Assembly (NCBI GenBank): GCA_951406725.2
Contig: OX597833.1
Coordinates: forward strand, 16,554,001 to 16,618,000
Direction of reading: 5' to 3'
DNA from: Octopus vulgaris
Lineage: Eukaryota
DNA: 64,000 nt
Below, piece by piece: positions 13,101-27,975 of this stretch. The notes under the pieces were generated by a model. That model was not told where the DNA came from and made no database searches. It worked only from the letters and a program-made list of their open reading frames with translations. A program made the translations under genes and the position numbers. Position 1 is the first letter of the stretch. Each line of letters begins with the position of its first letter.

Positions 13101-13842
13101 TTTATAGGGGTAAATGTGTGATTGGGTGCATGTCAATACAATGTTATAACAGTATATTAAAGTATGACAGGATATTAAATAACATAAATTTACCATAATT
13201 AAATCATAATAATCGAGTATCGTGTTTCCATTCTATCTTCTTTCAGAAGTTGTTTGTATTTTGTCCAAGATGCAAGATTTATAATTTTGGCTGAGATATT
13301 CTGTTAGCGCTGTCGGCCACCAAGATGATGCACCACTACAGTGGTATTGTTGTCATCATCTCATTGCAAATAGCTGACAGGCGGAAGAAGGTTTAATCTT
13401 AATTTCATTTAGATAATTAAAGCATATTCATACATGCAACGCAGTCATTAAATAACGTAAGACATATATTAGGTGTGGGCTATGTATCCCGAGGAAGAAG
13501 ATATAACGAGTTAATATGACCTCTTCACATAACTGCCGACATACTACAAGCAATTTTTCGTAATTTTGTACTAAGAGACTGTGATATTTTGGCTTGTTTT
13601 CAATATATTATAATTAATTACAATTATTGTGCCTAGTAGACTTATGCTAATCCGCTTCCTCATCATACAACAAGCACTTGGTATCTCATCCATTGTATAG
13701 CCGTCTTAAACATAGGGTAACTATTTGACATATCTAAAAATACGAAAGAGCGTTTTAGACGCCGGCAAATTCGATATGTATAAAATGAAACACACGCAGA
13801 CAGAAGATCCCAAACGAAAGATCCAAAGATCCAAAGAAGATC

Positions 13843-14053
13843 TCTTTACTCTTTACTCTTTTACTTGTTTCAGTCATTTGACTGCGGCCATGCTGGAGCA
13901 CCGCCTTTAGTCGAGCAAATCGACCCCAAGACTTATTCTTTGTAAGCCCAGTACTTATTCTATCGGTCTCTTTTGCCGAACCGCTAGTGACGGGGACGTA
14001 AACATACCAGCACCGGTTGTCAAGCGATGCTAGAGGGACAAACAGACACACAA

Positions 14054-14092
<39 letters not shown>

Positions 14093-14274
14093 TATATATA
14101 CATATATACGACAGGCTTCTTTCAGTTTCCGTCTACCAAATCCACTCACAAGGCTTTGGTCGGCCCGAGGCTATAGTAGAAGACACTTGCCCAAGATGCC
14201 ACGCAGTGGGACTGAACCCGGAACCATGTGACTGGTTAGCAAGCTACTTACCACACAGCCACCCCTGCGCCTAT
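13843..14274 (-). mobile_element. Family-A SINE, full length
   Basis: Matches the family-A consensus seen in the window. Confidence 0.9.
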
Positions 14275-14405
14275 AATTCATGATCTTAAGATTCTGAAGT
14301 GTCTTCCCCCATAAGTTTCTCAGACATTTAATTCAACGTTACATATTTTTTGAGGCATTAATTATGTGTTCGGGATTTGTTTTTAACGGTAGGTGACTTT
14401 CGCTA

Positions 14406-14930
14406 AAGGCGGCGAGCTGGTAGAATCGTTAGCACGCTGGGCGAAATACTAAGCGGTATTTCGTCTGCTGCTACGTTCTGAGTTCAAATTCCGCCGAGGT
14501 CGACTTTGCCTTTCATCCTCTCGGGATCGATAAATTATGTACCAGTTACGCACTGGGGTCGATGTAATCGACTTAATCCATTTGTCTGTCCTTGTTTGTC
14601 CTCTCTGTGTTTAGCCCCTCATCCTTTCGGGATCGATAAATTAAGTACCAGTTACGCACTGGGGTCGATGTAATCAACTTAATACCTATGTCTGTCCTTG
14701 TTTGTCCCCTCTGTGTTTAGCCCCTTGTGGTTAATAAAGAAATAGGTATTTCGTCTGCTGCTACGTTCTCAGTTCAAATTCCTCCGAGGTCGACTTTGCC
14801 TTTCAACCTTTCGGGCTCGATTAGATAAGTACCAGTTACGCACTGGGGTCGACATAACCGACTTGATCCGTTTGTCTGTCCTTGTTTGTCCTCTCTGTGT
14901 TTAGCCCCTTGTGGGTAGTAAAGAAATAAG
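14406..14930 (+). mobile_element. Family-B SINE trimer
   Basis: One head plus three body/tail units. Confidence 0.9.
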
Positions 14931-15366
14931 TGACTTTCGCCAGACGTTGTAAGCACTCGACTTTTATCTGAACAGCTTCATCACAACTAACTGGGGCATT
15001 TGATTTGTGTTGCGTATGAAGACTGGAGGGGACATGTCTAAAAGGATAATTGCAGTTACCTACAAGCTGTGTTTTTTTCTAATTGTGAGTGTCGATTAAA
15101 GATGGAGTAAAGATATATATCATACATCATGACAAGCTGAATAAGACACACGGCTTGTATGGGAAATGAAAGAAATAAAATAGCGATTAGATAATCCGGT
15201 CTGGAACCAGGTGCCGATGACAAATCTCTCTCGTCCTCCTAGAGCCCACAGAAGGCCTTAGTCCATTAAAGGTCATAATTCAACTAAGAATATTATTTGT
15301 AAATTTGACATTTTTTTTTATCGCCTTAAGGGCTCTTTAATTATATTCCTTCTGTTATATTGCTTA

Positions 15367-15617
15367 GTGGAGGCGCGTGGCTTAGTGGTTAGGGTGTCAG
15401 CATCATGATCGTAAGATTGTGCTTTCGATTCCTGAACCGGGCGACGCGTTGTGTTCTTGAGCAAAACACTTCATTTCACGTTGCTCCAGTCCACTCAGCT
15501 GGCAAAAATGAGTAACACTGCGATGGACTGGGGAACACATATGCCATAAAAACCGGTAAACTGGGCCCATGAGTCTGGCTAGGCTTTAAAAGGGGCACAT
15601 TTATTTTTAGTTATTGC
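15367..15617 (+). mobile_element. Family-D tRNA-derived SINE
   Basis: GTGGAGGCGCGTGGCTTAGTGGTTAGGG...TTCGATTCC head. 11-bp TSD TATATTGCTTA at 15356-15366 and 15618-15628. Confidence 0.85.
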
Positions 15618-15699
15618 TATATTGCTTATTTGAAATGGTGCTGTAAATACTGTAAATATGAAGTATACAACAAAAAGAAACATACATTTTTATAATATA

Positions 15700-16278
15700 T
15701 TGGTTTCAAATTTTGGCGCAAGATTAGAAATTTAGTTGGAGGGGTAAGTCGATTACATCGATCTCTGCTCAATTGGTACTCATTTTATCGACCCCGAAAG
15801 GTTAAAAGGTAAAGTCGACCTCGGCAGAATTTGAATCCATAACGTAAAGACGGACGAAGTACCTATTTCTTTACTACCCACAAGGCACAAGGGGCTAAAC
15901 ACAGAGGACAAACAAGGACAGACAAACGGATTAAGTCGATTATATCGACCCCAGTGCGTAACTGGTACTTATTTAATCGACCCCGAAAGGATGAAAGGCA
16001 AAGTCGACCTCGGCGCAATTTGAACTCAGAACGTAGCGGCAGACGAAATACCTGTTTCTTTACTACCCACAAGGGGTTAAACACAGAGAGAACAAACAAG
16101 GACAGACAAACGGATTAAGTCGATTATATCGACCTCAGTTCATAACTGGTACTTATTTAATCGATCCCAAAAAGGATGAAAGGCAAAGTCGACCTCGGCG
16201 TAATTTGAACTCAGAACGTAGCGGCAGACGAAATACCGCTAAGCATTTTGCCCGGCGTGCTAACGTTTCTGCCAACTG
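15700..16278 (-). mobile_element. Family-B SINE trimer
   Basis: Three tandem ~190-bp units. Confidence 0.9.
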
Positions 16279-16539
16279 GTCAGCAGTCTTTATCTATTAA
16301 CTTTAAGATCCCTGTCCCCAAAACGAGACACCGGCTACAAAATGGGTTAAATTCACCTATTATTCTAAAAAAACTTCGTTAATTGTAAAATCCTTAAAGC
16401 CTCTTAAAGCGCTGAGCTGTATCTGTCAATATAATCTAGGTGCAACTATATTAACGAGAGATGTCCATGCCATGAACATTATAGAGTAGCTAAGTGACAA
16501 GATAGAAAGGATTATCCTTTTAACCTGCTCCCTGAGAGA

Positions 16540-16780
16540 TTCTAGATTAGATTAATTGTGGCTGATAGATCGTTAACCACTTCACACATTTTTCCTCCCC
16601 TTTTTTCTCTCTTTTTTTCTCTCCTTTTTTTCTTTCCTTGTTTCTCTCCTTGTTTTTTTCTGTGTACCTTTCTGTAGAAGAGCGTAGGTCCGAAACGTAA
16701 AAGACTTTTTCTATTCCTGAGCGTGATACTAATACATCTATTTGTTTTGTACACCACCTGTCTCCGTCTTTTTTTTTTTA
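16540..16780 (+). mobile_element. Short element with a degenerate hammerhead-like motif, followed by (TA)n
   Basis: CTTT-CTGTAGA-A-GAGCgtagGTCC-GAAACGTA-AAAG at 16668-16703. Confidence 0.45.
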
Positions 16781-17805
16781 TATATATATATATACGCATA
16801 CGCATGCACATACACACACATAGGGTCTCATCTTTTCAGCTAAGCATGAGTTTGAATACAAACAGTCACGTTTTTCGGTTCAGTAATTAAGTTAGCATAT
16901 TTCTTCACCAGGTAAAGCGTATGTTTCGTTAAAGTTACCAAATTCTTCACCTGGGATAATGTGAATGTAATCTGATGAAATATTTTCATACCCTACATTT
17001 AGTATCCTTTGTTAAACTTTGTCAAATGATACCAGACGGCTGTAATGTTAACTACAAGCTCTTAACTGATCAGATCCGAACTATTTGATACCATGCAGTC
17101 TCGTTAAGTCTATAAAACTAACCGATAACATCCGATATATTACACACTGTAATATATTACTCAATACAACGATGTTATCTTTTTTATCAATCTGTTGTAT
17201 TCTCTTACGTAATATCATACATTTTCAGTCTCTAAGCACTGTTTTTATATCAGATCACACATAATTTAGATTAGCACAACTATATACGGTGTAATATTAC
17301 GAGAGTCCTGCTTAGGTTTAATGTGTTGTACACCGTCAAATGATTTAACATGGCTCTCATTTATCATAATCAAATGTGCATATTTAAAATGATTTTGGAA
17401 TTACTTGAGCAGCTGTTAAGTATCTAAAACTATAAAATAAATGAAAAGATATCTGTAATTTCACTCGATGTTTCGCATCCATATTGAGCTATTTTCGGAA
17501 ATATTCATCCAATTTTTCACATTCTTCGCTAATACCTCTTCAACAGAAATCTAAGTTCCAACATATATTCTTACATCCTATGAAGTCACTAGGATTAAAC
17601 GCCTATTTGATGGACAGCTCTAATCACACAAAGCATTAAGCAATCGCTACTGCTACATTAAAACAAGGGATAAATAAAAAGACAAAATTATGCCCATAAA
17701 AGGATTTTCAGAACCGTTTTGCTGAGGGGAAAAAAAACCTTATGCTCTTTTACTCTTTTACTTGTTTCAGTCATTTGACTGCGGCCATGCTGGAGCGCCG
17801 CCTTT

Positions 17806-17814
17806 AAAATAAAT
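17806..17814 (-). terminator. Likely Pol III terminator of the tRNA-Ser gene
   Basis: TTTATTTT about 6-14 nt downstream of the discriminator base on the minus strand. Confidence 0.6.
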
Positions 17815-17819
17815 ACCAT

Positions 17820-17901
17820 CGACGAGGATGAGATTCGAACTCACGTGGGGAGACCCCAATGGATTAGCAGTCCGTCGCCTTAACCACTCGGCCACCTCGT
17901 C
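17820..17901 (-). tRNA. trnS-GCT: tRNA-Ser(GCT), 82 nt, long variable arm
   Basis: GACGAGGTGGCCGAGTGGTTAAGGCGACGGACTGCTAATCCATTGGGGTCTCCCCACGTGAGTTCGAATCTCATCCTCGTCG. Acceptor stem GACGAGG/CCTCGTC, discriminator G, variable arm GGGG/CCCC, T stem GTGAG/CTCAT. Anticodon at 17866-17868. Confidence 0.93.
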
Positions 17902-18271
17902 GCATAAAAATCTTTTCTACTATATTCTAGAAATTGGAGAGGGGGTTGGTTACAATGACCCTAGTATTTGACTGGTACTTATTTTATAGACCTCGGATTG
18001 ATGAAAGGCGAGATTGATAATTCGGTGGAATTTGAACTCAGAAAGTAAAGACGGACGAAATGCTACTAAGCATTTTTATCCGGCATACTTACGATTCTGC
18101 CGGCTCTCCGCCGCCTTGTATATATAGAAGGATATCATTGTGGCGTTATTATGGTCCGGTGAAATAAAGGGAAGATAAACATCAGAGATGCTTTGTCCCA
18201 CGCAGAAACAGCAGGAGCTGCTCAGATGTTTGGCAAGCTCGTCTGAATCGGTTGCAATATAGGAAACCTTC

Positions 18272-18665
18272 GTGGAGGCGCAATGGCCCAGTGGTTAGGG
18301 CAGCGGACTCGCGGTCGTAGGATCGTGGTTTCGATTCCCAGACCGGGCGTTGTGAGTGTTTATTGAGCGAAAACACCTAAAGCTCCACGAGGCCCGGGCA
18401 GGGGATGGTGGTGATCCCTGCTGTACTCTTTCGCCACAACTTTCTCTCACTCTTACTTCCTGTTTCTGTTGTACCTGTATTTCAAAGGGCCGGCCTTGTC
18501 ACTCTCTGTGTCACGCTGAATATCCCCGAGAACTACGTTAAGGGTACACGTGTCTGTGGAGTGCTCAGCCACTCACACGTTAATTTCACGAGCAGGCTGT
18601 TCCGTTGATTCGGATCAACCGGAACCCTCATCGTCGTAACCGACGGAGTGCTAGAAGATTTTTCC
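18272..18665 (+). mobile_element. Family-C SINE, full length
   Basis: 13-bp TSD ATAGGAAAC(C/T)TTC at 18259-18271 and 18666-18678. Confidence 0.9.
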
Positions 18666-18952
18666 ATAGGAAACTTTCCCCGTGTCGTCAACAGGCAACA
18701 TCAGGGTGGCAGACGTTTTGTCCCTTTGGCCTATACGCTTCACCCGAGTCGTTCAGCGAGGACCGAATTAGTATTCACTCGAGGAAGGGTTCATCCTGAG
18801 GTCTCGTGTCAACCATTGCCAACCCTTCTATTTTACGCACACCAGAACAGCGCCATAACAACTGATAATGTACGAGTTGTTGTATACACCGAAATGTTAA
18901 ACACTCTGGTGTGAATATCCTGTTGCTTATTTTGATTATATATATATATATA

Positions 18953-19801
<849 letters not shown>

Positions 19802-19807
19802 ATATAT

Positions 19808-20024
19808 ATACTTTTATTCTTTTATTCTTTTACTTGTTTCAGTCATTTGACTGTGGCCATGCTGGAGCACCACCTTTTTCCGAACAAATCGCCCCCAGGA
19901 ATTATTCTTTGTAAGCCTAGTACTTATTCTATCAGTCACTTTTGCCAAACCGCTAGGTTACGCGGACGTAAATACACCAACATCAGTTGTCAAGCGATGG
20001 TGGAGGACAAATACAGACACACAA

Positions 20025-20078
<54 letters not shown>

Positions 20079-20410
20079 GACGGGCTTCTCTTAGTTTCTG
20101 TCTACCAAATCCACTCACAAGGATTTGGTCAGCTCGAGTCTGTAGTAGAAGATACTTACCCAAGGATCCACACAGTAGAACTGAACCCGGAATTATGTGT
20201 GTCGTTATTTCTGTGTTTGTCCCCTGCCTTTGCTTGACAACCAGGGTTGGTGTGTTTACGTCCCTGTAACATAGCTGTTCAGCAAAAGTCACCTATAGAC
20301 TACCAGGCTTTTGAAAATATAAGACCTGGGGTCGATTTGTTAGACTAATACCTTACAAGGCGGTGCTCCAGTATGGCCACAGTCAAACGACTAGAAGAAG
20401 TAGAAGAAAA
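19808..20410. mobile_element. Older family-A SINE pieces in opposite orientations
   Basis: Minus copy ~19808-20198; plus-strand 3' half ~20200-20410. Confidence 0.75.
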
Positions 20411-20524
20411 CCAAAACTCATGAAGAAGTGCTGCTAAAAATTCCCAAATACAAGAGCACACACGCATACAAAAATACGAGCACACACAATATAGATACAT
20501 GAATATTCAGACGTATACACACCT

Positions 20525-21150
<626 letters not shown>

Positions 21151-21376
21151 AAATCTTTGTGCTGATATTTCCGCGTACACGCACAGACGAAAATATAGAT
21201 GCACATTCACCCAGATAAAACAACATTGGATCATGTACGAGAAAATGGTACGCATGCGCATTGAAGTTCTAACCACGAACATTCGTAAAATACCTTTGTA
21301 GTGTGGAGGCGGATACCGCTGTTTATCAAGGTATCTGACAGCGAGAGGTCAATTCAGTGTACGTACTTACATAATG

Positions 21377-21426
<50 letters not shown>

Positions 21427-21429
<3 letters not shown>

Positions 21430-21840
21430 TCTTTTACTTGTTTCAGTCATTTGACTGCGGCCATGCTGGAGCACCGCCTTTAGTCGAGCAAAACGACCCC
21501 GGGACTTATTCTTTTTGTAAGCCCAGTACTTATTCTATCGGTCTCTTTTTGCCGAACCGCTAATTTACGGGGACGTAAACACACCAGCATCGGTTGTCAA
21601 GCAATGCTAGGGGGACAAACACAGACACACAAACATACACACACATACATATATATATATACATATACATATATACGACAGGCTTCTTTCAGTTTCCGTC
21701 TACCAAATCCACTCACAAGGCATTGGTCGGCCCGGGGCTATAGCAGAAGACACTTGCCCAAGATGCCACGCAGTGGGACTGAACCCGGAACCATGTGGTT
21801 GTTTAGCAAGCTACTTACCACACAGCCACTCCTGCGCCTA
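21427..21840 (-). mobile_element. Family-A SINE within (TA)n
   Basis: Full length and nearly identical to 22515-22934. Confidence 0.9.
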
Positions 21841-21940
21841 TATATATATATATAATCATATCAAAGGGAAATGGAAATTAATTAAAATTTAGATTTCCAC
21901 TGGTCTAACGTGTAAAAATTTAGTCCAAAAGACTATATAT

Positions 21941-22424
21941 TAGTCATACGATACAGTGTATATTTAAACACATGAGGAATCCACTCATAGGAATTCAACA
22001 CGCTAGAAATAACAGCTAGGTTCTGCAACCACAAAAATTAGGGATAAAATTCGACAGGAACGAAATGAAAAAAATAAAAACATTTTACCATCTAGTTTCC
22101 GGGACCAATTGGTTTCTGATTTTAGTTTAGCGAGTAAATGAACCCGCCAGGTGCAATCGACATCAGCAGGAACACCTAGGGTTAAACGTATACACACGGG
22201 GCGATCAAACAACTTGCCCCTTATTTATACGTCCTAACTTTTTCAAAATCTGCTGCGCAGCCGCAGTCCTTCGCCGGCAATAAAAAATAATGCCAACTTT
22301 TAAAACCGTTCCTGTTGAACTTTATCCCTAATTTTTGCGGTTATAGAACCTAGCTGGTCTTTCTAGCGTGTTGAATCCTATGAGTGGATTCCTCATGTGT
22401 TTAAATATACACTGTACCTTATGA

Positions 22425-22427
<3 letters not shown>
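21941..22427. mobile_element. MITE with ~120-bp terminal inverted repeats, TA-flanked
   Basis: TAGTCATACGATACAGTGTATATTTAAACACATGAGGAATCCACTCATAGG... is mirrored at ~22310-22427. Confidence 0.85.
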
Positions 22428-22510
<83 letters not shown>

Positions 22511-22514
22511 CATA

Positions 22515-22934
22515 TACTCTTTACTCTTTTACTTGTTTCAGTCATTTGACTGCGGCCATGCTGGAGCACCGCCTTTAATCGAGCAACTCGACTCCGGGAC
22601 TTATTCTTTTTGTAAGCCCAGTACTTATTCTATCGGTCTCTTTTGCCGAACCGCTAAGTGACGGGGACGTAAACACACCAGCATCGGTTGTCAAGCAATG
22701 CTAGGGGGACAAACACAGACACACAAACATATACACACACACTTATATATATATATATATACATATATACGACAGGCTTCTTTCAGTTTCCGTCTACCAA
22801 ATCCACTCACATGGCATTGGTCGGCCCGGGGCTATAGCAGAAGACACTTGCCCAAGGTGCCACGCAGTGGGACTGAACCCGGAACCATGTGGTTGGTTAG
22901 CAAGCTACTTACCACACAGCCACTCCTGCGCCTA
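22515..22934 (-). mobile_element. Family-A SINE within (TA)n
   Basis: Full length. Confidence 0.9.
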
Positions 22935-22940
22935 TATATT

Positions 22941-22975
<35 letters not shown>

Positions 22976-23082
22976 GTATGTATATATATATTCATACACA
23001 CACATACACACACATATATATGTATGCATGTATGTGTATATATGCATATATGTATGTATGTATGCATGTAAGTATATATGTA

Positions 23083-23144
<62 letters not shown>

Positions 23145-23273
23145 CACACACACATATATATACACACAGATAAAACTTACTTGGAAAAGGATGCGTGGCG
23201 TTCGACCATATAATAATATAAATAATTTATAAATATATGCATATATACATACATATATGTACATACCTACATA

Positions 23274-23650
23274 GAAAAACGCCGCCGCCGTGGTGATCTC
23301 ATTCTCGCCCACAACATCATAAGCGGAAAGTGTAACCTCTCGAAAGAGCTGTTCTTCACTCCTGCTCCAGAGTGTCGGCTGCGGGGTCATTCCGAAAAGC
23401 TCTACCTGCGACGATTTCATCTCAATCGAAGGAGAGGAGCTTTCTCCGTCCGGGTTGCGGATCCGTGGAACAAGCTGCCAGACGAGATGGTGAAGATGCC
23501 GACGACCGCTTTGTTCAAAGCCTCCCTTGATCTCAAGTGGCCTGAACTCTTTACATGAACACCACCCTGTACTTAACTCCATGTCCCCCTACATGGCCTT
23601 GCTATTTGCTTTTGAGCCAAATTAACTAACTAACTAACTAACTAACTAAC
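23274..23650 (+). mobile_element. CR1-group LINE 3' end (ORF2 C-terminus, 3' UTR, (TAAC)n tail)
   Basis: Open frame 23274-23558 EKRRRRGDLILAHNIISG...RLRGHSEKL...RRGAFSVRVADPWNKLPDEMV...FKASLD carries the RGDLI/RGH/WN.LP motifs typical of CR1. Confidence 0.9.
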
Positions 23651-24192
23651 ATATATTTATGAATATATACATGCATATATGAGTACAGGACATCAACAAC
23701 GTTGAACACAATGAGATATATAAACGGCAAATTTACCTATTACTCCGTAGATAGAAAAAAAAAACAGAAAGAAGAGCCTTATTCGATTTTCGGACCTTAT
23801 TGCATTCTCATCAGAAGTGTCTACATCATTGGCATGGTAAAACAGACATCTTGAAGTTTCCTTTTTTCGCTCGGAGTCTCCCAGCTGCAACCGGTGCAGA
23901 TATTCTTCCGTATTTCGGCTTTATCCATTATGCCATGTCAGGACTGGCATGGTGAATATTTTCTCAGAAACTGTCCTTAATACCAATCTGTGTTGTACGG
24001 GTCAGCAGAGCAGGTAGAATTCTTACACACATCTCCAATTTCTCACGCATTACTAGAAACATACACTCCCACATTTTAAATTTGCAGACCATTCATTGTA
24101 GACTGCGACCCAAGGGTTGCATGCTTCCTTCAGGATCTTCTGAATGGTACACCTAACAAAAACTTGCCTCCAAATATTTTAGCATTTCATTC

Positions 24193-24244
24193 AGCCTGAT
24201 GATGAGACATTTATCACGCAGCCCGCTTCTCGAAACAGGTTGCT
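24193..24244 (+). ncRNA. Type-I hammerhead-ribozyme-like motif with intact core
   Basis: AGC-CTGATGA-T-GAGA(20 nt)TCTC-GAAAC-AG-GTT-GCT. Confidence 0.55.
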
Positions 24245-24812
24245 CTTGCTTGAGACCCAGTGTGAGTTACACCACACCACACCACACACACACCACACAC
24301 GTTTAAGTATTTGTTTAATAGATATAAAATTTGAAAAGAAACTACTTTTTACTGTTCATTTATCGCTGCATTTTCATCTGTAGTCTTTTGAAACCCAACT
24401 ATAAAATTTTAGCATTAGTAAGAACGAAATACATATTTCGTCCCATTGCTCTTCTCTAAATTTCACTCATCCTATTTAAATACACTGTAAACGTACATAA
24501 ACGGACATAAATATATTCGTGTACTAGCGTTTGTATGTATCTGAGCGTATGCATGTTAGTATGTGTGTGTATGTGTTTCTTATCACTAACGGAATATAAA
24601 ATCATTCACATTCTTGGCACCGCGATTTATGTATGTTTATCATGGAATAAAACGCAAAGGTCATAACAACCCTTGCTGTTCGTTCCGCTGAATACATGCC
24701 ATTAAAATATTATGTGTAAACAACCAGTGCAAGACAATAAATTTTACTCTTTGTGCCAGTTCGTTCCCACATTGTATGCTTCGGAGAATTGAGTGCGTGT
24801 GTGTGTGTGCGC

Positions 24813-24844
<32 letters not shown>

Positions 24845-25556
24845 GTGTCTGTGTCTGTGTCTGTGTGTGTGTGTGTGTACGACGGTTTGCTTAAGACTAA
24901 CTGGTTGAATATACCGTTGGGCGAAACCTGAAATCCCGCTCAACTCGACCACAAACTTCACAAATATATTGAGTCATTCCATCACTTGAGGAATGGCTAT
25001 TGTGTGGGGAAGGTGGTGGAAGATGGGGATGTTCAAGCAGAATAGGGAACAGAAGTCAGGGGAATAGAGAAAAGGGGCGGAAGCAAATAAGGGAGTGTAG
25101 GACAAGAATCACTTAGTAGAAGCGGGGGCGCTGTCTGGTCAAATTTAGAAGAGGGACAGTCTCAGACATGGGTCAGCACCCATTACCATATAAGCAGTGT
25201 ATATAAGTTAGATATTCTCAAGCCAGTGTGTTCAAATTTGATCTTGGCTTTTCATGGACGTGGGTCAGCCTAAGAGAGCAATGTTAAGTTTTTAAGCTAG
25301 TATAGTGGGGGAATAATGCTAGAGAGTGAAAAGATACTATTTTTATTCCTATTGTAGCGGTCATGGAAGCTCTATATGACTCTATATGAGGAAAGCAGCA
25401 TTAATTTTCTTAGGTCGCTCAATTTACATTAATTGATCATAAGACCAATTGAGTAAGCCCGTCAGCAATGTACCTATAATGACTACTGGAAACAGCTGTA
25501 AGCCAAATTTGCTAAAATAAAGGAATTATATGTAAAGACCATTATTTTTATCTTGT

Positions 25557-25588
<32 letters not shown>

Positions 25589-26217
25589 GTATGCATATGA
25601 CGAGCTTCTTTCAGTTTCCATCTATCTACCAAATCTACTCACAAACTTTTGGTGGACCCGAGGCTATAGTACAAGACACCTATCCAAGGTAACACAGTGG
25701 GACTGAAGCGGAAGCTTGTGGTTGGGAAGCAAGGTTCTTACGACACAGCAACGCATGCACCCCCCACCCCACACACAAACACACACGCACGCACATATAT
25801 AAACAAGCTTCTTTCGGTTTCCATTTAACAGATCCACTCACAAGGCTTTGGACGGCCCGGGGTTATAGTAGCAGACTTGCTCAAGGTGCGTGCCACCTTG
25901 AGCTGGACTGAACCCGGAAGTATGTGGTTGGGAAGCGAGCTTTTTATCACACAGCCACGCTTTATTTTATATATTTATATATATTATTCAAATGAATTCT
26001 AACTCTGTTCTTTATGTTTTATTTATATTCTTTATAATATTAATGCAGAATATAGAATATATAGTATAAATAGTATATATATAGTAAAATGAAATGAAGT
26101 ATTGATTGTCTTATTGAATAGATGAAATATTGAATATCAAATATTAAGGGACTAGTATACTTTCTTGCATTTAAGCAGTCTTCAAGGTCCCAGGTTGTGA
26201 CAGGAGTGTTTCAACTG

Positions 26218-26259
<42 letters not shown>

Positions 26260-26262
<3 letters not shown>

Positions 26263-26487
26263 TTTTACTCTTTTACTCTTTTACTTGTTTCAGTCATTTG
26301 ACTGCGGCCATGCTGGAGCACCGCCTTTAATCGAGCAACTCGACCCCGGGACTTATTCTTTTGTAAGCACAGTATTTACTCTATCAGTCTCTTTTGCCGA
26401 ACCGCTAAGTAACGGGGGACATAAACACACCAGCATCGGTTGTCAAGCGATGTTGGGGGGACAAACACAGACACACAAACACACACA

Positions 26488-26527
<40 letters not shown>

Positions 26528-26690
26528 TACGACTGGCTTCTTTCAGTTTTCGTCTACCAAATCCACTCACAACGCTTTGGTCGGCCCGAGGCTATAGTAG
26601 AAGACACTTGCCCAAGGTGCCACGCAGTGGGACTGAACCCGGAACCATGTGGTTGGTAAACAAGCTACTTACCACACAGCCACTCCTGCG

Positions 26691-26693
<3 letters not shown>
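26260..26693 (-). mobile_element. Family-A SINE within (TA)n
   Basis: Full length. Two degraded 5' halves also lie at ~25598-25960. Confidence 0.9.
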
Positions 26694-26734
<41 letters not shown>

Positions 26735-26749
<15 letters not shown>

Positions 26750-27511
26750 GGCAGTTTGTCTGTCTGTGTGTCTGTGTGTCTGTCAGGTTGTACCCTGACC
26801 CTGATCACGGCTTTCAACCGATTCTGATGAAACTTGACACACACATAGCCCAATGTCATAATTCAAAACTAGCGCAGCGAAAATTTTGAAAAGTTCCCCC
26901 AGTTCTGAAAGAAATGGATAAATTTGACATGGGGTCGAGAATCTAAGCTTTTTATATGCAACACATTTTCTGTTGTAGTTTTCGCAACTTGCAATCGATT
27001 TTCACCAAACTCATGGTGAAGCTTAATGTTACCCTAAGAAACTTAATTCTGACGTTAGTTTTCCATGCAATACCTTACCATCAGAAAAAATCGATAAAAT
27101 CATGCCATTTTGAGAAATCGCGTTCAAATTCAAGATGACATATTTTCGACAATATCTTTCGCAAATCGGCAGGAATTTTTTTTTAAATTCACAGTGAGCA
27201 TCATGTCTGCTATATGGCCCTTTTTATTTCAATATGATACTTTATTACTGGAAAAAATCGGTTAATTAAATCATATGTGGCACACATAGCAAACCGATTT
27301 GTGTATTAAACACAAACCACAGACTGTCTAGGGGACGCAATTGGTTGGGTTGAATTATCGATAGCTGTTTGATAGTTATTTGGGAGTGAAAACAAGACAT
27401 TGCAACCTACACATGCGCCTTCGTTCCCTAGAGGGAAAGGACTAGATTGGGATTAGTCGTTGCCTACTAGGGGCTCTTACATACCCGGGCAACGCTGGGC
27501 TATGCTGCTAG
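26735..27511 (+). mobile_element. Non-autonomous Helitron
   Basis: 5' TATATAAA plus (TGTC)-like tract; 3' hairpin CCCGGGCAACGCTGGG followed by CTAG|T. Confidence 0.8.
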
Positions 27512-27796
27512 TGTATCTATATTTTGTATATGCATAATATGTGCATATGTCTAAACGATGCGATCAAGCATGGAGCATTTCCTTATGTGTTTACGGAAGG
27601 TTGAATTTTGTGTGTGTGTGTGTGTGTATACATATATGTGGGGGTGTGCGTATGTGTGTATATATAGCGGGGGGAGCATGTGCAGGCTTTCATATTACGT
27701 GCAGCTTACGTCAGTTGTTCATGTATACAAAGTTGCATTAAACACACACATGTGTGTATGCATGGAAAAATGTGTGTGTGTGAGTATAATATATAT

Positions 27797-27844
<48 letters not shown>

Positions 27845-27975
27845 CTTCTAATATTCATACGCATCTTTCAATATATGAATATATATCTATATACACACAC
27901 ACATATATATCTCCATATCTCTCTCTCATATATATATATGTGTGTGTGTGTTTGTGTATATATATATATATATAT

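Noticed and set aside
16850-17640. Possible ancient LINE RT on the minus strand (LSVSFIDL, ISVEEVL)
   Set aside because: Only isolated short motifs; too degraded to support without a search.
18272-18345. tRNA-like heads (also 15367, 3130-3203, 47005-47060)
   Set aside because: No complete cloverleaf or acceptor stem, and they continue into SINE bodies, some with TSDs.
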